Shown here one piece after another: positions 35,495 through 48,640 of a stretch of 64,000 bases of DNA; within the stretch, counting starts at the first letter, position 1, and the number at the start of each line of letters is the position of its first letter. Location: positions 102,922,001-102,986,000 of the forward strand of contig CM052817.1 in NCBI GenBank assembly GCA_028534125.1, given 5' to 3'. The notes under the pieces are model-generated. The model did not search any database, was not told the DNA's origin, and saw nothing but the letters and a program-made list of their open reading frames with translations. This DNA comes from Lama glama. Taxonomy: Eukaryota. A program made the position numbers and the translations under genes.

Positions 35495-36289
35495 TTCTAG
35501 AACTCACAAGAGTGCATCTCTTAGAATAACCAATTTCACATCCAAAAATTTAGTTGTAAGGAAGTCATGTAGAAGTCAGGTTTAGCTTTCTAGCTCCTGT
35601 CATTCAGAAAGCCCTCCAACTGAAAGCTGAAATGGATACTAACCAAGCTAAGTCACTGTATCTTCCACATGAAGTATTATTTAGTGAAGAGCTTAGGAAA
35701 TATGTCATAAAATTTAAAATTTACTTTTCTCATTGCAATGATTTTTGACAGTATGTAGTTTTATCCTGATTTTATTAAGTTTTATTCAAAATTAATTAGA
35801 AATTGAATTTAAAAAAATTTTTTTTAAATATCAAGAGTACCTGAATTTTTCTTTTCTTTTCTTTTGCCAATATATTATTAATTTATATTTCCTTTTATTT
35901 TTTACAATGTGATCAAAAGAGGTGAACTTGCGTATTTTTTTGCTGTTTGGACTTTATTAGGATATTTTTCTGTGTGGCCAAAATATAACCAGTTTGCAAA
36001 GGCCCCATAGGCATGAGAAAGGAACAGGTTTTCTCTTGTGTAACATAAGAAACTAATTTGTATGTGTTAATAGTCTATTTGTATTAGTCAAACTGTCATT
36101 CCCTTGCTTTTTGGGTTTTTGTTATTGTTGCATTTTGTTTTGTTTTAAGTCTGGCAGTTCTGCCAAAGATAGGGATGTTTAAAAGTCTCCAATTTTGCTA
36201 AATATAATTTAGAATTAGAAGATGAAGTAAAACATCTCACAAATGTGCAAAATATAGGCAACCATGGGTTACGTGTAATCTAAAATGTA

Positions 36290-36720
36290 AAAACAAGAAC
36301 CATGAAAGGTTCAGTGTGAGGCAACTTTTTGTCTGTGGGGATTGAAAAAAGACACCGTATAGGACAAGACATTTTATGTGATTCTTAAAATATGAGTAGG
36401 ATTTGGTGTTATAAAAGAGAGGAATAGGTTGAAGCCCATGGGAACAAATAATCCAAGATTGGTCTTCTGACACACAGTGAATGTTTGCTAAAGCTAATGA
36501 TACAGATTGCTTGGAATGTGAGTTACATATTGGGAAGAAAAGGAAAGGAACCTTAAAAGAAAGGTGGTTCAGGCTGCAGGATTGTTAATGTTATAGGCAA
36601 TAAGGAGACATTCAAGATTTCTCTCTGAAAAAGAGAGAAACATCAGAGAGTTGATGGTTTTGGAAGATTAATCTGGTGTAGAGTATATGGAGGGGAATAT
36701 TGCCACAGTGCATGTCAGCC
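36290..36720 (-). mobile_element. L2 LINE fragment
   Basis: aggacaagacattttatgtgattcttaaaatatgagtaggatttg...tataggcaataaggagacattcaagattt...ggttttggaagattaatctgg. Confidence 0.65.
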
Positions 36721-37129
36721 ATGACAGTGAAAACGTCAGCCCACTGAATGGAGTATTAAATACTCCATCAAGTAAATACATTGCTATGAAGGAGTAACTC
36801 AGAGAATTTGATAAGATTCTTTTTTTTTTTTCCCCAATGGAAAGGAACAGCAAAGGAAAAAGCAGAGTCAACCCCTACCCAAAGAGTTCAGGCCAGAATG
36901 ACCAGCGATGCTAGGAACAGAAAATGAAAAGGCTGAGAAGATATGTTAGCTCCCCAGGTTATATCTCTGTGCTCAAATCTCACATATTCAGTTCCCAATC
37001 TCTGTTTGGATACTTGTTCAGCTAAAAGTTTGCACATTCAAGTTAAATTCTTAACCCAGACAGCTCTTCTCCACTCTAACTCTACCTGACGTTGTAGCCA
37101 TGTTTCTCATCTCAGTGAATTTTCTTTCT

Positions 37130-38680
37130 TACATATTAAAATTTATTTGAAAATATTTGCTTAATAGCTACATAATATTCTACCTTATGGAAGCAGCAAA
37201 ACTACCTTTGCCATTTCTCAATTGTTGGACATTTAGACATTCCCAGTTTTGTGATGCTTCAATGAACGTTCTTACTTGTATTTATATCTCAAGTTACTTT
37301 TGTTATTTCCTTAGAATGTATTTCTTAGCATAATGCCATAAGAATAAAAACATATAGTGAAATTGATGTCAAAATTATGATCATTAATCTTATATATTAT
37401 CTTCTCAGAAGGTTTTATTATGTTAATAGTCTATTAGCAACATATGAGAGTGTGTATTCTCCCTATATACGTAACATACCTACCCAATAGTGAATATAAT
37501 CTACTTTTAATCTTTGACAATTTTAACATGCAAAGAAATATTATCACATTAACTAAAATTTATTTGATTGAATACTAGTGATGTTGAACAACTTTTTAAA
37601 TATTTATTAAACATTTGTATTGGTTTTTCTGAGAATGACCTTTTATAATCCTTGCCCAGTTTTCAATTGGACACTTTGGATTTTCTTTATGGATTTTTTT
37701 GTTCTGTTTTTCACAATCACTGTAAATATTTTCCCCAATTTTGTTATTTTTTTTTAATTCATGTGACATATTTATGACCCACAGAAATTTCTACTTTTTT
37801 ATGGTCTTAATTCAATCACTCTTTACCTTTTGATTTCGTTTTAGTTTATGATGGCTTCATTTATACCTAAAGATCAGATGATGTATGCAATTTACTTTCT
37901 GCATATTTTGTCTGTATTATTCCTACTGTAATAAGCTGGGATACCAGTTTTCCTAACACCGTTTTAATGACCAATTCTTCCTTTCACAATAGTTTGTGAT
38001 ACCAGAGTCTACTTACAAACTATAGATTCTGTTCTCTTGAAGTGTCTGCTTATATAGTTCTAGATCTACATTGTTCTAATTATTTTAACTTCATATTATA
38101 TATGCTTAATATGGCATAGTGTTTATATTATGGTATATACATTTCTTTAGGCACCTAATTATTTGCTGACACTGCTCTCTTATGAGTCTCCTTGCTCAAA
38201 ACAGGTCTTACCCATGAACATCTGTGATGGTTAATTTTATTGACCAGGCCACAGGGTGTCCAGATATTTGGTTAAACATTATTCTGGCTATTTCTGAACA
38301 ACATTAACATTTAAATCAATAGACTGAGTAAAGCAGATTGCCCTCGCCTATGTGGGTGGGCCTCCGAGATGTGTGTACACGTCTCCTATCAGTTCTGTTT
38401 TCCTGGAAAACCCTGACTTAATACAATTTCTAATAATTTTAAGCAAATAAAACTCCAATGAAGATTTTTTGGAATTATATGAACTCTACAAATTAATTAG
38501 GAGATACCTGACATCTCTAAACTAATCTATGTTTTTATTCAGGAAAATCATTCTTACATTCATTTAAGTCAGCTTTATTGTCTCTCAGTAAATTTTCTAT
38601 TTTTTCCTTCATAAAGATACTGAACTTTAATTTAAAGTTATTCTTAGGTATTTTTATTGCAAATAAGTGGGTTATTTTCT
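37130..38680 (-). mobile_element. Old L1 (L1ME-like) fragments, interrupted by an MLT2 LTR
   Basis: ccatttctcaattgttggacatttagacattcccagtttt; tagtgatgttgaacaacttttt; atccttgcccagttttcaattgg; T-rich antisense ORF2/3' UTR character. Confidence 0.75.
38223..38425 (+). mobile_element. MLT2 (ERVL) solo LTR, internally deleted
   Basis: Starts TGTGATGGTTAATTTTAT, contains ccagatatttggttaaacattattctgg and agactgagtaaagcagattgccctc, and ends gttctgttttcctggaaaaccctgacttaataCA. Confidence 0.92.
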
Positions 38681-39169
38681 ATCAGAGTAGCTAGCGTTAA
38701 ATTGGAGTTAGTGGACTCTGATTATCCGTCACTGTAGGAGCCTGATTTCTCCCAGGACAACCAAGCACTCAAATGCTTGTTTAATAAAGAGTTTGGTTCT
38801 TGCCTTCCTTTGGGTAATGTTCATTAAAGAGAGTAGTGGGTTTTGTTTACATGAAAAAAACATTTATTGGACCAAGTTCATATATGCTTTAATTTTTTTT
38901 TCATTCAACAAACATTTATTATTATGCAGACCTGGCTCCTCACCAGACCCAGGGGATACAAGAGGGGACAGACGGGGGCATGGCCGGTACAATTCACACA
39001 TATATGCTTTAATTTGAGAGAAATAGTTCTTCTACAACATGGAGGTGAAGGGCCAAGGGAGAAAACACTAGATACTGGCCTCCACATAATAGATTTGGGA
39101 ACAGTCTATCTTAACTCTCCCAGAAAGAGGAAAATAGCTCTCCTTCCTCATTAGAAACACTACACATGA

Positions 39170-39468
39170 GATCACTCATATGTGGAATCTAAAAAAAAAG
39201 AGAAAGAAAGAAAAAAAGACAAATGAACATAGAACATAAATACAAAATAGAAACAGACTCACAGACATAGAATACAAACTTGTGGTTGCCAGGAAGGAGG
39301 TGGGTGGGAAGGGACAGACTGGGAGTTCGAAATTTGTAGACACTGGCAGGCATATGCAGAATAGATAAACAAGATTATACTGTGTAGCACAGGGAAATAT
39401 GTACAAGATCTTGTGGTAGCTCACCGTGGAAAAAGTATGCAGCAATCAATATATGTATATTCATGTAT
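39170..39468 (+). mobile_element. Younger L1 3' fragment (ORF2 end and 3' UTR, tail missing)
   Basis: atcactcatatgtggaatctaaaaaa...aaacagactcacagacatagaatacaaacttgtggttgccagg...tagcacagggaaatat. Confidence 0.92.
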
Positions 39469-39957
39469 TAGAGAATTTACTAATGCTTAGTATACTCAAG
39501 GCTCTGGAAATTCAATAAGATCCTGAAGTGTGGGATCTGGTTTAACAAATGCTTGTATATCTGAACTTGCACCCATAAGCAGTCTTGCTATGCTCAGCCT
39601 TTGTCATCAGAGACTTATTTAGTGTCTACACAGGTTTCATTCTCTACTGCATTGTGGATAGCAGAAGCATATTAGAATTACTAAGAAGGGTGTAACCCTT
39701 ACCAGAGACCCAAATCACTTGAATAATTTCAAGTTTGTCTTCAGAAAAACAAGATTACATGTGTTTCTAATCATAAATGACAGTAATATCGTCAATTGTA
39801 AGGGACTATTATAATTGTAAAATGTTACAAAGAAAAACCAGGATCTTAGATAGCCTACAGCCAGGTGTAACAATTCAGTGTGGAAATCATTTCAAGCAAG
39901 ACAAAGAGCCATAACAAACCTTTATGTTCACTTGGTTGCTTTCTTTCTTTCTTGCAG

Positions 39958-40533
39958 TTTTATTTTTTTATTCTTTTTTTCAATTAAAGTATAGTTGATT
40001 TACAGTGTGTCAGGTGTACAGCAAAGTAATATCGTACAACAACCTATTTGTTTATTTTTATTGAAGTATAGTTGACAGCAATATTATATTAGTTTTAGGT
40101 GTACAACATAGTGATTCAATATTTTTGTAGATTATATGCCATACAAAGTTATAAAATATTGCCTATATTCCCTGTGCTGTACAATATATCTGTAACTTAT
40201 TTATTTTATATCTAGTAGTTTGTACTTCTTAATCCCCTTCACCTATTTCACACCTCTCCCAACCCTTCCCCACTCTAGTAGCCACTCATGTGTTCTCTGT
40301 ATCTGAGTCTGTTTCTGTTTTGTTAAATTTGTTTGTTTTATTTTTGTTTTGTTTTTTTGTTTTACTTGGGAGGGAGGTAATTGGGTTTGTTTGTTTGTTT
40401 GTTTGTTTGTTTATTCTTTCATTCATTCAGTGGAGGTGCTGGGGATTGAACCCAGGACCTTGTGCATGCTAAGCACACACTCTACCATGGAGCTCTACCT
40501 GCCCCCGTGTTTGTGTTATTTTTTTAGATTCCA
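39958..40533 (-). mobile_element. L1 3' UTR fragment with a nested SINE
   Basis: ttgaagtatagttgac...aggtgtacaacatagtgattc...ttccctgtgctgtacaata...ctgagtctgtttctgttttg; resumes after the SINE as ttttttagattcca. Confidence 0.9.
40340..40506 (-). mobile_element. Vic-1-type SINE nested in L1
   Basis: ggaggtgctggggattgaacccaggaccttgtgcatgctaagcacacactctacc...gagct; internal (GTTT)n expansion. Confidence 0.92.
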
Positions 40534-41189
40534 AAAGTCAGTTGCTTTAAATGATACTCTAGTAACTAGCAATTTTAGTAGCTTCCTTCTTTTATATGTG
40601 GTGGTGTGATATATGTTAGTAAATACTATGCATTTTTTCTCCAGTAAATGATACCAAAATAATTTTATAATCATTTTGCAGCTCCTTTCTAAGCAGACGT
40701 TCTTCAGAACATCTGAAATAGGATGGTTCAGGTGTGAAAAAAATCAAAAGCAGTTTCTCTTTAAGTTCCACACAACATATGGAATCTCACTTTGGCTGGC
40801 AGAGATACTATTGGGGGAAAAAAATCAGAAATCTCCTCCATATCTCTCCAGAAAGTGAATCCTTCTGAACCAACTTTGATTATTTTCTCATGTAAAAGTG
40901 AAATAAAAATGTAGCTAAAACACACTACCTAGAGAATGCCACTATGTGCAGCTTATCGCCAACATGAGGACATTTAGAGGGACTCTATTAAAAAGGTATA
41001 TACTTCTTGGAGGTTAAAAATCCAAACCAAAAGTTTCCCTACCAAAATTCATTTAAATACAGTTAATTTTTTTATGCATTTCAGTGAAAGCCATTCTCAC
41101 ACATAAGCACTTACAAGGTCAAGAGGAAGATTAATTGTCAAATAATAGCAAAAAGGTTTGGTGGTTTGAATCACTGGGACAGCAGTTTA

Positions 41190-41360
41190 AAATGTCACAG
41201 CTGGAAAAGACCTACCGTGCAATCTAATTCCATTCTTTCATTTTTATAGGTGAGAAACCTGAGATTCAGAGAGGTTTCAGCACTCACTCACGGTCGCTCA
41301 GGACCAGTGCCACCAAGTCAGGGCTCTTTGTTGTGATTTCAGTGTTCTTTCTTTGATCCA
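41190..41360 (-). mobile_element. MIR (MIR3/MIRc-like) fragment
   Basis: cacagctggaaaagacct...atctaattcc...tttcatttttataggtgagaaacctgagattcagagagg. Confidence 0.75.
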
Positions 41361-44300
41361 TGAAACCTATAGGCTGATTTTGCACTTGGAACGTCTAAAC
41401 AGCCAGACTGTGCCACTGCATATAACTTGTTCAGCTTTTTAAACTAATTTAGTCAATTAAAGCTCAAAGTAAATATATGTATTTATTAGTTGTCCTCGAT
41501 CAAAAAAGCTGGCTGTGGAAAACTTTACATTTTAGTCAAATGCCACAATTTCACATAAAAGCAGCCTTAAGAAAGAAGATGGCCAACTGAGGGAAGTGAC
41601 TAAATTTAGCCTAATTTTTTGTACTTACGTGGATTGTAATACTATTTTCAACACAAATTTCTTTTTACCTAAAGAATGTCTCAGTATTACTAGTTGTGAC
41701 CACTCCAGCCTTTAGACTAGATGTTAATTATAAACATCTTTCCACAAAACAGAAACATAATGGAATTCCTGTTTGAAGAGCCATTCACATATTTTTATCA
41801 GAATTTCCACACTACTCTACAGGTACTTAAAACAAAAACTACATTCTAGGAATATTCCATGGATAGACCTACATTTACAACAATGTTTTATATCGTATTT
41901 GCAATTCATGCATGAGACTTCAGTTCTGATATTTCCTAGACCATGTCACCATTGTCTGTTGTGTATGACTTTTAAAGCGTTGTGATTAAAATTTGGGTGA
42001 AACTCTATGACTTCTTTCTCCTGACAACAAATCTCAGTATTGACCAAATTTCTCAAGTTGAACTGGCTTATTTTTAGACTGTGCCACAACTAATTAGAAG
42101 CTCTTGAGGTTCCGAAAGGCTCACACTAGTGCATATTCTATGGTGATAAAATCTCTTCATCACAAATACATTCTTGGGGTGACCGTGCACCCTCACATCC
42201 TCACTTCCTTGTTTCTCCCTTGTTAGTGCCGGTTTATTCCTGTGGCACCAGCAGTGTAGTAATATCTCGGCCACTCTCAAAAGTGTCTCAGTTTAGGTGA
42301 TCAATTTTATGCTTACTATGGTGATGATGCAAGAAAAAAATACAGTACTTACAGTCCTTCTAATATACCCAAAAGATAAAATATGGGGGACACTGCTTAG
42401 AGTTGTCTTTGTGCCCCTGATGTTGCTGCTATAATTAAAACTAAACTCCTCGTGGCCTCGGACCAACTGCTCCGTATTGTTCACGGTCACGTGAGGCCGT
42501 TTTGAGGGTCAGCGTGTTATTTGCTCCACAAGGGCTGCAGCTTAGCCTTAGGAATGATCACACTGGATTGCAAGGTCAGTGTTGCTAATGATCTTTATCT
42601 CTTCTCTGCCAAAAGCTCTGACTCTTTCTAAAAATCTATACGCGGTGGTTTCTGACCTTCCTTCATCACATGGCACACAAAGCTGCCCTGCTTCATCCTT
42701 TTTCCTTGTCATGAAAGAGCATCTGAGGGAGTTCGAAGTTCAAAGAGCTTTCAGACATTGGCCGGAGTCTTCAGACAGTTCAGTTGGCAGAAGAGCAGAA
42801 AAACTACCTTGCTTACGTTAGCTTCAGTGTCAGGAGTATTTAAAAATTAATACTATTTTAATTTTCACATATCATGTTGCTTGAGCTTATTATAATCAAT
42901 CTTGAATTAACTTGTGGTTTAGAGATGATCAAAGTTGACAGTCTATAGAATAAATTACAGAACATATGCAGTTACACACTCTTTCACTAGCAAATAGGAG
43001 AGAAAAATGAAATCTATTGCTGCTGGATATTACTTGACTGCTGGCAATATTTACAGTACTAACGTGCTAACTGCGCTCTGGCAAAGAGGCATTGTTTCTT
43101 CTTATGTGATCGAGGTGCACATTTGAGCAGTCACGGTAGTCCTGGCACGAAAGGTCATGAACAAAAATTCATTTTCCTATGGTGGGCAGTCCAAAGACGC
43201 TAACACCTAGAATTCCCCTGAATCGCTGCAGATTAATAGTGCTTTTCTGTGTGCGTGTGTTTGTGTGTGTGGTATGTGGTATGTGTGTTTAGTTTGTGGC
43301 TGTGTGCACGCAGGAAAGAGAGAGAAAGAAAAACCAGCTTTTAACCACATTCATACCTCTGGAATGGTTCTTGCCAACTTCACCACCACGACAGCTCACA
43401 GGGCAAGAATAATTTAAGAGGCCAAAAAAAAAAAAAAAATCACTTTTGAAGTGGAAGACACAAAGTTTAAAACAGAGGAAATTAATCCAGTTAAAATGTT
43501 AAAGTAACATATAGTAATATTCCTGGTATGTATCCTTAGATAAGAAAAAAAAAGAATCAGTGTGTAATTTTTCATATTGTTTAAGAAAACTCACAATTAA
43601 AACCTTCCATTTGACTGGCATCATGTTAATCCAACACAAAAGAATCAATCAGAGGTCTGCATGAGCTTTCAGAGCTCAATTGGAAATATAAAAAATTAAA
43701 TTTCTCATAGTGAATACTGTCATAAACAAAGTATCAGCTCTTTGTCGAGGCATAGCACGGTGATTAAGTCAAGCACTAGAGATCATATGAATAAATGAAA
43801 ATTAGAGATGAAAGGAGAAGATAAGCCTGCAGGACTTCCCAGCTTAAAAAAAAATAATAATGTTGAGATTCAGCCTCCACAATAAATGAGAAGGTTAAAC
43901 AAACAAACAAACAAACAAATGTCACTGAACGGTCTGTGACATTACCTTCATTGTTTGGCCCAAAAGTTACGGCATCAGACAAATGACCAGGCGTCTTGCA
44001 AGTGTAGCCTGTTTTGAAATTGTTGCCCAATATTGGGCCTGCACCACTTTTCAGTACGCTTAACCTCTGATAAAGTTTTTTAAACTCTGAAATGAACTAT
44101 GAAAATGAATACTAATATTAAAGAGCAAACTCTATTCTGGTTAAGTGTCCAGATTATATAAGGTACAGAAACCACAAAAAAAAACAGGATTATTCTGGCA
44201 CTAAGGGGTTATTGAGTACTAGCTATGCAGTTAAATTTTCTTGAATATAATATTAATATCATTATTGCCATTTTACAATATTTCAAAAACACAAATACAT

Positions 44301-45414
44301 CTGGCCTTCCCTTGCAGCTCCATCTGGTCTCCTTGGGAAACGAAGTCCTGGCACACTTGGGATCAGCCAGAATCAGCCTTCACCTTGAATTCCTGAGATC
44401 CACGCAGGTGTTACTACCCTTTTCTAGTCTGGGGGCTGAGCTTCCCGGCGGTGGCCCTCGGGCTCTCACTAGGCCACAGGGAGAAAGTATGTCGTCACTT
44501 TTGCCTTCCTCGGGGCCTCTCGGGGACTCTGACACCCCCTGCTTGCCCGGAGCCCTTGAGAACAAGTCGCTGCTCAGCCCAGAATTAGATACTATGGACT
44601 TGGGAGATGAGCAGGTGACCTGTTTTCAGAATTCTCCCCTAAGTAAGGTGCTTTAAGCCTACGTTTTCCTAGACAATTAGGCAGTTATGGTTGTATATAG
44701 TCCATGTATCTATTGGCATTAAACAGCTCTGCTGCAAATACGTTGAATAGCACCTTGCTCTTAATAGGCTGGTTAAAAAAAAAGGATTAGAACACTTCCT
44801 CTGATATTTCAGAGAAATGGGAATTTTTCTCATGGTTTTATTAATGTGTGTGACAATATGTATTATATTCATTGTATGTGCATCTTAGATTAATATGTAT
44901 ATCAAAATAGTATTTAAATGTATACTTATATATTGAAAATGTCTCACAATTTGTTGTAATTTAATAGCTTAATAGACGAAAACCAATCTTGTTTTAACTT
45001 AACTTAATGAACATAGAAAAATCTACTCTTCTGTATAAGAGAAAAACAAGAATTTTCAGCAAGATTGTTGCTTCTTTTGTCTCTGTTGTTCAGTCCATTT
45101 GGTCCATCTTGGAAAAACGAGGCCTCTTCAAATAATTGTTCTCGATTTCCACAGGTTTTGCTAAGTTCTCACTCAGAAAAAATTTTCTAGCTAATATAAA
45201 TATCCAGTAGTAAATATCAATTCATCTCCACAGTTTGTCAGATTACATCACTTTTCTTTTTTAGATTATGATAGAAATACACTGTTTTCTGGTGATGAAA
45301 ACTGACTAAATCCCTTTTGGAAGAATTGATACTAATGACTGCTCCAAAACTGGCAAATTTGAAGCCACGAGCTTCTGACGTAGGTAAAGACAATGGCTAA
45401 TTCAATATGTGCAT

Positions 45415-45528
45415 GCAGAGAAAGACAGGGACAAAGACAGATTCAGGCACACAGAGACAAAAAGAGATACAGAGACACAGAAAGAGGATCAGACAGAGAA
45501 AGAGGATCACAGTGGCACAGAGAGAGTG
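45415..45528 (+). repeat. Degenerate (GACA/GA)-rich simple repeat
   Basis: cagagaaagacagggacaaagacag...cagagacacagaaagaggatcagacagagaaagaggatcac. Confidence 0.8.
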
Positions 45529-48387
45529 AGTTTTGGCATAATAAAAACACATTTTCAAAAACTTATTTTTTTAGATTTGTGTATGACAAAATAGAGAAGA
45601 TTTAAAAATTGACGAAAATCACTTGGGATTCCTGAAAAAGCCCACGTTCCAATTCAAAATTAATCGCGATTTTCCTGGGAAAAGTTTTCTCAAAAGAGTT
45701 ATCACTAATTGGGATTGTTTGAGTGAATATTATTTTGTTTAGTTTTTAATTTGTTTATTAAATTTTGAGGTCATCTTAAGAAACCACAGCTGGCAGGAAA
45801 GTAATTTACAATAACGTCATGTGTTTTGTAGACACACAATAAATACTGACTGTTGATAAATCCATACCATATGAATTTGGTTGAATTGCTGAGAACAGAA
45901 AGTCAAGTATCCCTCTTTCTTGTTTTGTTGTCTTGTCTATATGTAATTTATTGACTTTTTAAGGAACAATAGCAAGCCTAACTTTTCTTTCCATGTAGGA
46001 AAGCAGACTTTTTTGCAATCTACAGAACATAGAGCATCCAAACAGATTCACGTAACTAGCCATCCCTGTAGATTTGAAAGTGTATGTGTTCACTTGTGTG
46101 TGTGCTCGTGTGAGTGCATGTGTGTTTGTAGTAAGTAGCCTTGTCAGGAGGAGCTGTGTGGCTGACACAGAGAAGACAGCCAGTTAATCTTCAGGCAATT
46201 TTCAGAAACTTCCTTGTGCTCCTCTAGGGCTTTCAGGATGATAGTTTTGTTCTGAGATCAATGGCTACATTTTGGTCCAGGAAGGTCTAATAAACAACGC
46301 ATGATCCAAATGAATGTATGTGCCTTTAAAAAGTATTTTGCAATATTCTTTTTTTTTTTCCCCTCAAGTAGTCAAGACACAAATGATTTAAACCAGAAGT
46401 TAACCCTGCGGGTGAAACCTACTGAATATTTGGCTCTGGATGACTTGAAAATACTAAGTTTATCTTGTGAACATGGCCAGTGATAACAAATTGATCTAGG
46501 CAACCCAGGTAAGGAAAGAAAGAAGACAAATGAGAGGTGTCACTTGAAAAATCTTACGTAGCAGTTACTTCCACTCTTCCCATCTCCGCTCACAAAAACT
46601 TTTTTTCAAAAATGTGGGCTTTATTTAAAATTGTTGAGGACTGATCAGTATTGCAACAGGAAAACTTCTTTTTCACAAATGTGATTGGAGCCCCAAAGCC
46701 CAAATGGAGGTGACACCACAGAGTACAGTTCCCTGATGCTACTGGAGAAAAAAGCAATGGATTTTAAAGTATTTTTTTTTATCTTAGTATCTATGACAAA
46801 ATGTCAAGTTTTATCAAATGTTAAATGTCACTTCTTTAAACCTATGGCTTTGAATTGTTACTGTTTTATTAAAAGTTATCAGTGTGGCCTAGATTAGTGA
46901 TATGAATTGTTATTTTGCTTTATGGTTTGACAAGTACCTCTATGTCTTATTACTTAAAGAAAAATAGATATTATTTAAATAGCTCTTTTATTAGAATAAA
47001 AACGTTAAGTAATAGGAGCAGTAATTCATCCAGAGTATATTTTATTGATTAGTAACAGGTTCTTTTCCTTTTTTAAGCAAGCCATTTCCTTTTAGATTAA
47101 ACGTATTGAGTTTTTTTTTTTTTAAATAAAACCCGGTGCTTTATTTCAGTTTTAGTCTTTTATTGCTTTTTGTAAATGACCATCCCTGAATTAGTAGTTT
47201 GTATGTCAATGTGCTATTTAGATTACATATATGTAGTATCTGGGATTTCTCAAAGAGATAATGAATTAAAGTTGTTATAGGAGAGAGAATTTGGAGTTTC
47301 TGATAGTCCCCAAATTTGAATACAATTTTAATATACCTTTTCTCTTATTGTACTTATGTTTCAAAATTCTGGTTGACAGGTAAGAAAGCACTGGTGAAAG
47401 AGGTAAATTAGAAAATTCTATTGCTTGTGACTTCTTAAATACATTCTTGTTATGTTTCTAAAGAGCTTAAACACTGAAATCTAAGTAAACTTAGTTTTTT
47501 TGTCCTATTGCATGTTTTTAAAATAGAACAAGTTATATTTACCATTTTATAATCAAGTAATGTATTTTTAATATTCCAAAACCTCAAATCTGACACTCCA
47601 GAGACAGAAGCATTTTTGTATACAGGCTGAGCATAAACAAGGAAGCATACGGCTCAAATCTTTGCCTTCAAGGGTAAGCAGTTTGCACAGCATGTCGTTC
47701 CAACAGATCATATTAGCATGTCCCCTGGGAGAGAGAAGTCAGTAAATGGTGTATCTCAGAAGTCTCCATGTATATGTTGATAATTTTACCTGTTGGTATA
47801 TTGTTTCAGTTTCAAAATTTTAAGTACAAGACATTACACACATTCCCCTGTGCCATTCCATCTGGAAACATGACACCTTAATTCAGTGTCTTTGGCAGCT
47901 TTTAGAACCGCAAGTTTGCTCACATGTTTGCCTACGTGGCTACAGAAACACTGTTCCATAAGGTAACATAAGATGTTTTACCCCAGGGAAATCTTTGGGT
48001 TCCAATTCAAAATAATACATCTACTAAAGTCCTGCATTTAGTTGTAATATTCCCAATACCTTTTGCTAAGAGAGAAAACATTTCACCTTGTAAAAGAGAA
48101 TTTAAATATTTTTATTCTCAGACAGCACATAGCCTTTTTCAAACTTAAAAAAGAATCCAAGGCTATGGTGTCCGTCAGAGATACTGAGCTATGCTCCCAT
48201 CTACTGTAAAGCCTGGTTAGAATTTCCCTTAGTTGCTATAAATATTTCAGCAATCTTGAAAGCTAAAATATCTCTAAGTCAGTTGAGATTGTTGATCACT
48301 TTTAGCTGGGTTAAAATAGATCACACTTAATTAAAGCCCATATCTTCATTATGGAGGTAACCCCTGTAATTTCAATCATAGCTACAA

Positions 48388-48640
48388 CAGTAATAATAAT
48401 AACTACCATTTACTGAAAGCTTGGACACTATGTTAAATCTCAGTTCATCGATACGACAGCACCATTAGGTGGATGCTAAAATGTTCCCATTTTCTAGATA
48501 AGAAAACTGAGGTTTACAAAGGTTGAGTAATAGTCCTAGTCATAGAGCTACAGTCATATAGGCTATAAATGGTTTAGTCATGACCCAAGTCTTGTCCATT
48601 CCGGAGCCTGCACTCATCACCACCGCCCTATACTGCCTAT
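48388..48640 (-). mobile_element. MIR SINE
   Basis: aataactaccatttactga...cccattttctagataagaaaactgaggtttacaaaggttgagtaa...acccaagtc...ccggagcctgcactc. Confidence 0.85.

Larger units (their letters stand above)
34430..35670 (-). mobile_element. Probable MLT1-type (MaLR) solo LTR split by L1 and MER33 insertions
   Basis: Left part tgtgtatatcacttggagtttagttgcaggaggaaaaac...gttttaagcaaaaac and right part ...tagttgtaagg...ttagctttctagc...tatcttccaca resemble old MLT1 LTR ends, with TG...CA termini. Confidence 0.5.
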
